The notes beneath the pieces were generated by a model. It saw only the letters and a list, made by a program, of their open reading frames with translations. It was not told where the DNA came from and did not search any database. A stretch of 64,000 nt of DNA from Eledone cirrhosa (lineage: Eukaryota): the NCBI GenBank assembly GCA_964016885.1, contig OZ024760.1:5642001-5706000 (forward strand). Reading direction: 5' to 3'. Both the position numbers and the translations under genes were made by a program. This document shows positions 14,601 to 27,474 of the stretch, piece by piece (the first letter of the stretch is position 1; every line of letters begins with the position of its first letter).

Positions 14601-17600
14601 CAACACAGTGAGGGCTGCTGTATCTGAGAGGAATAACAGCAACACCAACAGACAGTTAATCAATACTTACTTGAGTTATATGATTAATATTCAGCATTTT
14701 TTCTCCAAGAACTTGTAAATATTTGTTGACGGCCATGTTAGATGGCTGGTTAATAATTTCTTCCTCAGATACTTTGAAAAACGCTAAAGCAAACCTGAAT
14801 AACACCTGAAAATAATAAACAATAACAATATTGTAATTACTCAGGTAATTACAAACATAATCACTGTATCATCATCATTTAATGTCCATTTTTCCACACT
14901 TGCATGGGTTAGATGGGTTGTCCACGGTGGGAGGCAAGTCTGGCCAGGGTTGGCCATGTGTCGCACATTGCTCTGGCGTGGACTGTAAATTTGGCTGTAT
15001 ATGAGTAAATACATGGTCCCGTAACTCCTGATGCAGTTGTGGGGGTCCCATATTGACATACAGCGTATATAAGGCACTTTTAAAATCTAGCAGAGCCCAT
15101 CTTCTCTCCATGTCAGAACACAGCAGATTTCTTCCAGTGAAGGATAGAGAGAGAGTGAAAGAATGGATGTAAGAAAGAGATATAGGGGAAGAATCGACCC
15201 CAGTACTAGACTGGTATTTTTTTTATCAACCTTGATTGGTGTGAGAGCTGGACTCTCAAAGCTGACATTGAATGAAGAATCCAGGCATTCAAGCACAAGT
15301 GCTTCAGAAGGTTGCAACACATCCTATACATGGAGCACAAAATAAACAGCTTTGTTAGGCAGCAAGTTAAATATGGTGGCTGGCAGACGGGAACCACTCC
15401 TTGATGATGAAAAGATGGAAGCTTGCTTGGTGTGGTCATCTCGCCACAAGTCCTTGTCTAAAAAGCATCCTTCAAGGCACAGTAGAGGGAGAAGAAGAGG
15501 CAGACAAGGCACAGTAGAGAGAGAAGAAGAGGCAGACAAGGCACAGTAGAGGGAGACGGAGAGGCAGACAAAGCACAGTAGAGAGAGAAGAAGAGGCAGA
15601 CAAGGCACAGTAGAGGGAGAAGAAGAGGCAGACAAGGCACAGGAGAGGGAGAAGAAGAGGCAGACAAGGCACAGTAGAGAGAGAAGAAGAGGCAGACAAG
15701 GCACAGTAGAGAGAGAAGAAGAGGCAGACAAGGCACAGTAGAGGGAGACGGAGAGGCAGACAAAGCACAGTAGAGAGAGAAGAAGAGGCAGACAAGGCAC
15801 AGTAGAGGGAGAAGAAGAGGCAGACAAGGCACAGGAGAGGGAGAAGAAGAGGCAGACAAGGCACAGTAGAGAGAGAAGAAGAGGCAGACAAGGCACAGTA
15901 GAGAGAGAAGAAGAGGCAGACAAGGCACAGTAGAGGGAGACGAAGAGGCAGACAAAGCACAGTAGAGGGAGAAGAAGAGGCAGACAAGGCACAGTAGAGA
16001 GAGAAGAAGAGGCAGACAAGGCACAGTAGAGAGAGAAGAAGAGGCAGACAAGGCACAGTAGAGAGAGAAGAAGAGGCAGACAAGGCACAGTAGAGGGAGA
16101 AGAAGAGGCAGACAAGGCACAGGAGAGGGAGACGAAGAGGCAGACAAAGCACAGTAGAGGGAGACGAAGAGGCAGACAAAGCACAGGAGAGGGAGAAGAA
16201 GAGGCAGACAAGGCACAGTAGAGAGAGAAGAAGAGGCAGACAAAGAAAATCCTGGTCTGACAACATTAAAGACTGGACTGGTCACAACACTGAGACCCTT
16301 CTACGCATGGCAGAGAATAGTGACCAGTGGCAATGACTGACTGTGAAAGCATCTAGAGTGGCACCTCAACAACTGGCTGCATCAGTGGCACATTTAGTGT
16401 GGCACCCCAACGACTGGCTGCACCAGTGGCACATCTAGAGTGGCACCCCAACAACTGGCTACACCAGTGGCACATCTAGAGTGACACCCCAACAATTGGT
16501 TGCACCAGTCTTGGGAACATAATTGATAGTAATGAAAGGGTTAAAGAATGTAGCAAACCATTTCTAAGAAAAATGGTAATGAAAGGATTAACCCTTTATC
16601 ATTTACATTACTTTATATATATATACTATGGCGGTGGATTGGCAGTATCGGTAGAGGGTCGGACGCCATGCTTTCCAGCATAGTTACGTCCCTTTATGAT
16701 CCAAGTTTAAATCCCGCCGAGGTTGACTTTGCCTTTCATCCTTACAGGGTCGATAAAATAAAGTACCAGTAATGCACTGGGTAATTGCTGGCCTTGTGCG
16801 TAAAGTAGAAACAATTACTTTATATATACTATTATATTTCCATGGTAAAGGCTTAATTCTCTCATAAATATCTCACATAATATGGAATCTATGACATTTT
16901 GATGATGTTATTATTTATTTTGAGAACAATACCTTAACATCAGTATGAGTGGCCAGTTACAGCTGGTTTGAACAGAAAGAGGTGAGAGAATTCTGGCCGG
17001 TTACAGCTGGTTTAAATGCTAAGGGGTTAAAGACTGCAGCAAACAATTTCTGGTAATAAAATGGAAGTAGAAAGAGAGAGACCTACCTTACTTCCTTCAT
17101 ACAAGAAAGCGTCCCAAACTCGTAGGAATGTCTCTGGAGGTACATTGTCAACAAACAAGGTGAGAAACCAATTAAAGGTGAATAAAGATAAATCAATATT
17201 TTCCTTCTCTAGGTAAGTGTGTAGTCGGGGTAGTTTGTCTTGGACGAGGTCCTTTAATACACGCTGGAAAAGGGAGAAATAGAAGAACCACATCAACAAC
17301 ATACATGGTGGTGGTGGTGGTCATCATGGTGATGGTGGTGATGGTCGTCGTGGTGATGGTGGTGTTGGTGATAGCAGCAGTGGTGGTGGAGATGGCAGCA
17401 GTGGTGGTGATGGCAGTGGTGATGGTAATGGTGATGGTGGTGGTGTTGGTGGTGATGGCTGGCGCTGGTGGTGGTGATGGTGATGGCGGCAGTGGTGGTG
17501 ATGGTCATGGTGGTGGTGATGGTGGTAATGGTAATGGTGGTGGTGGTGATGGTGCCGGTGGTGATGGTAATCATCATCATCATCATCATCACCACCACCA

Positions 17601-18786
17601 CATTACCACCGCCACCTTAAAGATGACAAAATGAAATGAAGTTTATGGCTGACACCTATGCAGATTTAGCTGGCCTCTTTAGGAGGTTATACTTCAAAAG
17701 AGGTTTCTCGGGTGTTTTAATGATAAGGACCCCCATTCCTATCATGTTACAGATCACAGCTATGTAGGTTTAGCTGGTCTCCTATGATATTACATCCCAT
17801 TGAAAATGTCTAGGGTGTTTTAATGATAGGGACCCGTCCTCCTATGAGATACAACTCTGTGGATGCCAGCTAAACCTACAGTTCACTGGCATTCTACAGG
17901 GTTGTATCTCAAAGGAGGTTTCTAGGGTGTTTTAATTATAGGGACCCCAGTCCTATTATGTTGATACAATTCATACATATGTAGGTTTAGCTGGCATTCT
18001 ACAGGGTTGTATCTCATAGGAGGTTTCTAGGACGTTTTAATTATAGGGACCCCAGTCCTATTATGTTGATACAATTCATACATATGTAGGTTTAGCTGGC
18101 ATTCTACAGGGTTGTATCTCATAGGAGGTTTCTAGGACGTTTTAATTATAGGGACCCCAGTCCTATTATGTTGATACAATTCATACATATGTAGGTTTAG
18201 CTGGCATTCTACAGGGTTGTATCTCATAGGAGGTTTCTAGGACGTTTTAATTATAGGGACCCCAGTCCTATTATGAAAGGCAACATGAAATAAAGTGCCA
18301 CAGTCTTGGAATTGAACTCATGACCTTAAAACTGTGAGAAAAACACCCTAACCTCAAAGCCAAAGAAAAAATTGTGTGCGTATGTGTGTGTTTGCATGTG
18401 TATGTATGTGTGTTTGTGTGTGTATATGAATGTGCGTGTGTATGTGAATGTATGTATGTATGTAAATGTGTGTTTGTATGTGTATCTGTATGTGTGTGTG
18501 TTTGTGAGTATGTGTGTGTGTTTGTACGTGTATCTGTGTGTATATGTGTGTATGTTTGTGAGTGTGTTTGAATGTGTATGTGTGTGTATGTGAGTGTGTT
18601 TGTATGTGTATCTGTGTGTGTATGGGTGTGTGTATGTGAATATGTGTGTTTGCATGTGTATCTGTGTGTGTGTGCATGTGAGTATGTATGTGTGTGTGTT
18701 TGTATGTGTATGTATGTGTGTTTGTATGTGTATCTGTGTGTGTGTGCATGTGAGTGTATGTATATGTGAGTGTATCTGTGTGTGTA

Positions 18787-18822
<36 letters not shown>

Positions 18823-18823
18823 T

Positions 18824-18857
<34 letters not shown>

Positions 18858-19001
18858 TACCTGGTCAGTTTGAGCAGCAATCATGGTGGCGCTATAGTAG
18901 TCCTGGGGCAGGAGATACTCCACAATGGCAATGAGGCACCAGAATGCCTCCTCTTCATTCAGGAATAACAAAGCAACAGCAGCAAGACGGTTCAAGCCCT
19001 G

Positions 19002-19037
<36 letters not shown>

Positions 19038-19979
19038 GAGATTATATATAGATATAATAATAATAATAATAATTGTTTCTACTATAGGCACAAGGCCAGC
19101 AACATTTGGGGAGGGGAAAGTCAAAGTTAACCTCGGCGGGATTTGAACTCAGATCCCAAAGGGCTATACCGATACTGCCAATCCACCACCTTTAGGGATT
19201 GGCAGTATCGGTAGAAGGTCAGACACCATGCTTTGCAACATAGAGTTACGCCCCTTTATAGTCTGAGTTCAAATCCCACCGAGGTTAACTTTGCCTTTCA
19301 TCCTTACGGGGTCGATAAAATAAAGTACCAGTAATACACTGGATAATTGCTGGCCTTGTGCCAAAAGTAGAAACAATTATAATAATAATAATAAAATGAT
19401 TGTGTACAGTGCTCAGGTGCACTACAACTCATATAATAATAAAATAATAATGAAATTATTGTGTAAAGTGCTCAGGTGCACTACAACTCGTCAAAGCTGT
19501 ATGTATAGTACATAGAATAATACACAAATGTCAGGGAAGTACATGTGTGTATGTGTTAGCTGTAGTGTTGGCGGATCTCGGGAAGCATGGAGGCCTTAAA
19601 GGATGCAGTGTCTCGACAGCTAACAACTGATGCAGGTAGTTTGTTCCATGGAGGCCTTAAAGGATGCAGTGTCTCGACAGCTAACAACTGATGCAGGTAG
19701 TTTGTTCCATGCTTCAGCAACTCTGAGCGCGAAAAAATGTTTCCGAAAGTCATGGGAACTGTGCTGTTTTCTTACTTTGTGGGCATGTCCACAACGAATG
19801 AAATGTGGTAAGGAACCAGGTGGACCATAACGCACCAAAGTACTCAATACTTAGAGTAGTAGAGTGGGTAATAGGAACGAGTAGGACCCCGACGGCTGAG
19901 CTCAAGCCGTTTCGACGGCTAATTCTGGAATTAGCCGTCGAAACGGCTTGAGCTCAGCCGTCGGGGTCCTACTCGTTCC

Positions 19980-20010
<31 letters not shown>

Positions 20011-20016
20011 GTATAA

Positions 20017-20101
<85 letters not shown>

Positions 20102-21034
20102 GAGAGAAAGAGAGAGAGAAAGAGAGAAAGAGAGAGAGAGATAATTATATAAAAAAAATTATCTAGAAATAAAAGTCAACATTTCTGTCTGGGATATAAA
20201 TATTTGTTTTACATTTTCGCAAACATCATAACGATATTCTCAATGGACATGCTTACAATATTTGAATATAACCGTCGTGTCATTTAATTTGAAAAGTGGA
20301 GCAAAGTAAAAGGAGGATAGTGAATTTGGAATGTCAATCCCTTGTCATTTGTTTCTTTTCAATACCGGTCTTACAGTTTTCCAGGATTTATAGACTCATT
20401 TACTGTAGACCAACAAGTTGTCAACACTACAAAGTACTAAATGCTGTAATGATATGGCAAGTCTAAGATCTACCAAGGCACATATTACAGCCTTTATACT
20501 AAAAGAAGAGAAATAAATAAAGAAATATATAGAAATATATTTTTGTAAATAAGACAATAGAACCGTGGGGAAATGGAAGCACCAATTGAAACATAAGTTT
20601 TAAATCTCCGAAGCCGTTTATGAAAGTATTGAAGAAGACAAGAAAACACACTTCGATCTTCCGACGTGGAAGAAACCGTCACCGAATCATCATTTTTCTT
20701 ACCTGTTGTACAAACCTGGCTGGACACAGAACACTGCACAAACATTCTAAAAGTTCTATAGAGTTATGAAATAATTGTTTCTACTTTAGGCACAAGGCCA
20801 GCAATTACCCAGTGCATTACTGGTACTTTATTTTATCGACCCCGTAAGGATGAAAGGCAAAGTTAACCTCGGTGGGATTTGAACTCAGATCGTAAAGGGA
20901 CGTAACTATGCTGGAAAGCATGGCGTCCGACCCTCTACCGATACTGCCAATCCACCGCCCTAATAGAGTTATGAAATAATACATATGAATAAACCATAGA
21001 TGACAAACATCATTAAGTAATGTCAGTTTCATGA

Positions 21035-21090
<56 letters not shown>

Positions 21091-24000
21091 TTGGCAAGGC
21101 AATAAAATCCTTAGAATAACCCTTAAATGTCCACTTGCCTGAATGAAGGGTCAGTTTAAAAGTGCCTCCTCCATTATACTGTGGTGGCCATGACTGGACC
21201 TTGAAACCAATGTTAGCACATACATGTTAAGTGTATGAAACTTTGTTTACATTACATATATATGTGTGTATGCAAATAATGACTCAAAACATCAAATATG
21301 TTTAGAATTTTGTGTTTCTCAATAAGTAAGTTCAACAGATATCATCTAGAGCCATAATAACCAAAGGAAAAAGATATAACCATCTTGCCAACAACAACCC
21401 TGAGTACCTTTTTGATTTCCATGTGTCTAACACACGTGGACATGCCCACAAAGTCAGAAAACAGCACAGTTCCCATGACTTTCGGAAACATTTTTTCATG
21501 CTCAGAGTTGCTGAAGCATGGAACAAACTACCTGCATCAGTTGTTAGCTGTCGAGACACTGCATCCTTTAAGGCCTCCATGGAACAAACTACCTGCATCA
21601 GTTGTTAGCTGTCGAGACACTGCATCCTTTAAGGCCTCCATGGAACAAACTACCTGCATCGGTTGTTAGCTGTTGAGATACTGCATCCTTTAAGGCCTCC
21701 ATGGAACAAACTACCTGCATCGGTTGTTAGCTGTCGAGACACTGCATCCTTCAAAACCTCCATGCTTCCCGAGATTTGCCAACACTACACCTAATGTTCC
21801 CCCTCCATACACATACACACATGTATATCATGACTCATACACTATTCACTTCCTTGACATTTGTATATTATTCTATGTACTATACATGCACCTTTGACGA
21901 GTTGTAGTGCACCTGAGCACTTTACACAATAATTTCATTATTATTATTATATATATATATACAGAGAGAAAGAGTCATATATCGTATAGGAAACATGGTA
22001 TATTGTATATATACCAAATACATATTCTATAGAATAACATGTACACAGGTGGAATCAGAAGAGAAACCATATAGCACTATTTCATAACTGGAGAGAGTAG
22101 TTCAAAATCAATCTATGTAATCGATCATCGAAATAGTCAATCAATATAATCGATCATCGAAGACAAACTATTGATTATAATTAAACCACATGAGACTCAG
22201 GTACTCTTCAGAGGTTAGTCTCACCATTCTAAGGGAAATATAGAATGAAGAAGGCAAAGAAGACAATAAGGTTTCTTTTATGATTCCACCTGTGTACATA
22301 TATTTCTATAGAATATGTATTTGGTCTATATACAATATACTGTGTTTCTTATACCATATATGACTCTTTCTCTCTCTCTATATATATCATCATCATCATT
22401 TCATTTTACGTCCGCTTTTCCCTGCTTGCAAGGGTGGGACGGGAACTGATTCTGGCTTGATTTCTACAGCTGGATGCCCTTCCTAACACCAACCTCATTT
22501 ACAGTGAGTGCTGGGTGCTTTTTTGCCGTGGCACCTCCACGACCACTTTGCAGTGGAATGATAGGGACCCCAGTCCCTATCATCTCATTTCTACAGCTGA
22601 GTAAACTGGAGCAATGTGAAATAAAGTGTCTTGCTCAAGGAAACAACACATCAAGACACTTTATTTCACATTGCTCCATATAACTTTTTCATTTGGTTAT
22701 ATATATATAAAGACGCATGGCTTTGTGGTTAGAGTATTGGGCTTACAATCAGAAGGTTGTAAGTTCGATTTTCAGACTGGGTGTCCTTTATTTCACATTG
22801 CTCCTGTTTACTCAACTGTAGAAATGAGTTTCAACATCACTGGTGCCAAGCTGTATCATCCATAGCCTTTCCCTTGGATATCACTTGTAGTGTGGAAAAG
22901 GGAGACTGGTATACATGGACAACTGCTGGTCACAAACAACCTTGCCCGGACTTGTGCTTCAGAGGGAAACTTTCTGGGTGCAAAACCCATGGTCATTCGT
23001 GACTGAAGGGGGTCTTTACTCTTTATATATATTAGGTGAATTAATAGATTCGTGGTTTGCTGAGGTAATGATGTTAGCCCTCCATGCTGTAGCAGAGTCT
23101 ATATATTAAGAACAAAATGAGGTTTCACATTGAGTGTTTTTATTGATTAGGCTCAGTTACAAACGTTTCACAGATAGCTGGCTCAAGACCCATATTTGAT
23201 GAGATGAAATTCTGGTTTTGCTTGATTAACAAATCTGACGAACAGATTGGGGCTTGAGCCCAGTCTATATTTAGACTATAATAAGACAGACTTACCTGGC
23301 AATATCCTATTGAACTACACTGCCAACTGAAGGCCAAAAGAACTCGTCTCAACCTCTGGATATGTTCACTTTCTAAAGACATATAATATTTATTGTTGGG
23401 TAAAGTTCGCAATAAATCCAGTTCAATCTGAACAAAGAAAGAATAGATAAAAGAGACTTGAGTGTTTTATTAGGTTACAGCTATGGCAATAGGAGAGTAA
23501 ATGTTAGAAATATAATTATAACAAACATGTTGGGATGTTACCACTTCACACTACACTGTCAATACACTACATTGTCAATACACTACACTACACTGTCAAC
23601 ACACTATACTACATTGTCAACAGACCACACTACACAGCCAACAGACTACACTGCTAACACACTACAGTCAATACACCACATAACCAACACAACCAATACA
23701 CCACACAACCAACACAACACACCACACTACACAACCAACACACCACACTACACAACACAACACACAACCAACGCATCACAACAAACCACACTACACAACC
23801 AACACACCACACTACACAACAAACACACCACACTACACAACCAACATACCACCAAAATACCAACACTGAAATATAATACAAACACCACCAATAAACACAC
23901 ACATGAAGATTAAAAGCCATTTTTACCTGTTTTGCTTCGGGATTGGGTTTTTGATTCATAACTTGTGCTACTAACTTCTGATAATGGTCTGGTTGGAGAT

Positions 24001-27000
24001 GTTTTCTTCGGTGGGCCACATAAAAGCTCACACACCTTCCAAATATAACAACACATTAACAACAGATTAATTGATTTGATACAAAACAGCCTCAGGTTCT
24101 ATCATACAAAACTGTTAAGTTTTAAAGTCTTTGTATCTATCTAAAAACCTTTCATCATAATTTTATGTAAGAACCTTTTATAAGTTATGTTCCAAACACA
24201 CCTGATTCTATCATACAAAACTGTTAAGTTTTAAAGTGTTTGTATCTATCTAAAAACCTTCCATCATAATTTTATGTAAGAACCTTTTATAAGTTATATT
24301 CCAAACACACCTGATTCTATCATACAAAACTGTTAAGTTTTAAAGTGTTTGTATCTATCTAAAAACCTTCCATCATAATTTTATGTAAGAACCTTTTATA
24401 AGTTATGTTCCAAACACACCTGATTCTATCATACAAAACTTAAGTTTTAAAGTCTTTGTATCTATCTAAAAACCTTCCATCATAATTTTATGTTCCAAAC
24501 ATCCCTTGTGCTATTAAACAAAACTGTTAAGTTTTAACCCTTTAGCATTTAAACTACCCATATCTGGCCAGAATTTCCTCACATCTTCCTGTTCAAACTG
24601 GTTGTAACCAGCTCTTCATACTGACATTCAGGTATTGTTCTCAAAATAAATAATATCAAAATCTCATTCATTCGATATTATGTGAGTAAATTATGTAAGA
24701 TAAAGCCTTTACAACAGAAATATAATAGTATATATAGAGTAATGTACATGCTAAAGGATTAAAGTGTTTATATCTATCTAAAAACCTTTCAACATTATTT
24801 TATGAAAGAACCTTTTATAACTTATGTTCCAAACACCCCTGATTCTATCACACAAAACTGTAAAGTTTTAAAGTGTTTATATCTATCTAAAACCCTTTCA
24901 TCATTAATTCATGTAAAAACCTTTCTTAAGTTATGTTCCAAACACCAACTTAATAACAAGGAAGTTAATTATATTTCAAAATCCCTTCGAATAATTGTTT
25001 AGTTTCAAATTAATTTGAAAATCACAGAAATGAGCTTGTTTTAAGACGTGACCTTGTTTTAATGCATGACCTTGAACTTAGATGTGACCTTGTCCTAAGA
25101 TACGACTTTGTTCTGAGTTGACATAGTTTAAAGTTGTGACCCTGTTCTGAGTTGACATTGTTTTAAGATATGACCTCATTTAAAGTGGCGACCTTGGTTT
25201 AAATTGTGACCTTGACATTAGATGTGACCTTGTTTTAAGATGTGACCTTGTCCTACGTTGTGACCTTGTTCTGAGATGTGACCTTGTTTTACGGAAAATA
25301 TGTCAAAGGTCGGAATTTTACAAAACCAGAATGGATATAGCATAACGAACCAACAATTGACACCTCTTAGTGGTTGTCCAATTAGTTAGAAATAGCAGCC
25401 AAATTTCCTTCAAATTACACCCTGCAGTCTTAAAAAAAGTTTTAAAAAAACACATTGAGAAATGTAATCCTTGATGTACAAAACAGTATGACCCTGACTG
25501 CTATATCTTTGACCATAGGTCATCTTACTGATAGCTAACCTAAGTCTAGCTAAATCAATATTATCAGATGTGGGAGTAGAGCTATTTGATTCAACAGCAG
25601 TATCTGAAGGGGCTATTCCACCATCCATCTACCCCATCCTCTTTCCCACCTAAATTTTCAACGAAACCAATAAAAACAGGAATCTCACCCATTCCAGATC
25701 CTTTCTCTATGTTCTTGAGGGACTCCAGAACGAATTAAAGACTTTAATTCTGAACACCTTTGAAGTTCCTTCTTGTCCAAACCGGTCATAAAATTATCCC
25801 ATTTATTTTGATGTAGTCTCTTCTCGTCAATTTCCTGGAATCAAAGACAATAACATTTATATTTGAACATTTATGATAACGTAGTCTGTAGTTCCTAGGT
25901 TTAGTTATAGCAGTGAAAAGACTGGGAATAAAACTTGAGATAAATCATCATCATCATCGTTATCATCATCATTATCACACACATAATATCATTTTCATTC
26001 ATTTTCATTTCATTTTACATCCGCTTTTTCCCTGCTTGCAAGGGTGGGATGGGAACTGATTTTTGGGCTTGATTTCTACAGCTGGATGCCCTTCCTAACA
26101 CCAACCTCATTTACAGTGAGTGCTGGGTGTTTTTTTTGCCATGGCACCTCCACGACCACTTTGCAGTGGAATGATATGGACCCCAGTCCCTATCATCTCA
26201 TTTCTACAGCTGAGTAAACTGGAGCAATGTGAAATAAAGTGTCTTGCTCAAGGAAACAACACATCACCCGGTCTGAGAATTGAACTCACAACCTTTCGAT
26301 TGCAAGGTCAATGCTCTAACCACTAAGCCATGTGCCTCCATATATATATTATACGTATATATATATGTATTATACTTTATATATATATATATGGTGCCAC
26401 GGCAAAAAAGCACCCAGCCCACACTGTAAAGGTGCCACGGAAAAAAAAGCACCCAGCACTAACTGTAAATGAGGTTGGTGTTAGGAAGAGCATCCAGCTG
26501 TAGAAATCAAGCCAGAATCAGTTCCCATATGAGCAAGATATGGTCAGCTGACCGGCTACTGCCCACAACAGGACAACCCGTCTAACCCCTGCTGGTGTGG
26601 AAGAACGGATGTAAAACAGTGATGATGATATATATATATATATATATTATACTTTTCTTGTCAATTTGTACACTTATAAATGTCGATCAGCAGTCTTATC
26701 AGGAGCTCAGTTGAGCTGACATCATCCTCAGTGGTCACTCTGCACATCCAACGGATCATAGCTCTGTCATTTCTTCTCAGCTGATTCAGACAGTCAGATG
26801 ACATGACCCATATACATATCTATCTATCTATATATATATATAGGAACGAGTAGGACCCCGACGGCTGAGCTCAAGCCGTTTCGACGGCTAATTCTGGACT
26901 ATTTCTAACCAATTGGACAACCACTAAGAGGTGTCAATTGTTGGTTCGTTATACTATATCCATTCTGGTTTTATAAAATTCTGACCTTGGACATATTTTC

Positions 27001-27427
27001 CTTAAAACATATGTGGATAAAAATTTTCATTTAGTCCAGAATTAGCCGTCGAAACGGCTTGAGCTCAGCCGTCGGGGTCCTACTCGTTCCTATTACCCAC
27101 TCTACTACCCTAAGTACTTTGGTTCCTTACCACATTTCCTTTGTTATATATATATATATATACATATAAGTGGAGGCACGTGGCCTAGTGTTAAGGGTAT
27201 TGGGCTTATGATTGTGTGTTGTGTTCTTGAGCAAAACATTTCCTTTCATGTTGCTCCAGTATTCTCAGCTGAAAATGAGTACCAACAGTAGCTGGGGCTT
27301 TAACCCTGCAATGGACTGGTGTCCTGTCCAGAGTTGAGTTTTGTACTTTCACTCGCTTCACGCCATGAAACCAGGATAAGCACCGGTCAAATGAACCTTC
27401 TGTCTTAAGACAGACTTTAGACTTTTT

Positions 27428-27474
<47 letters not shown>

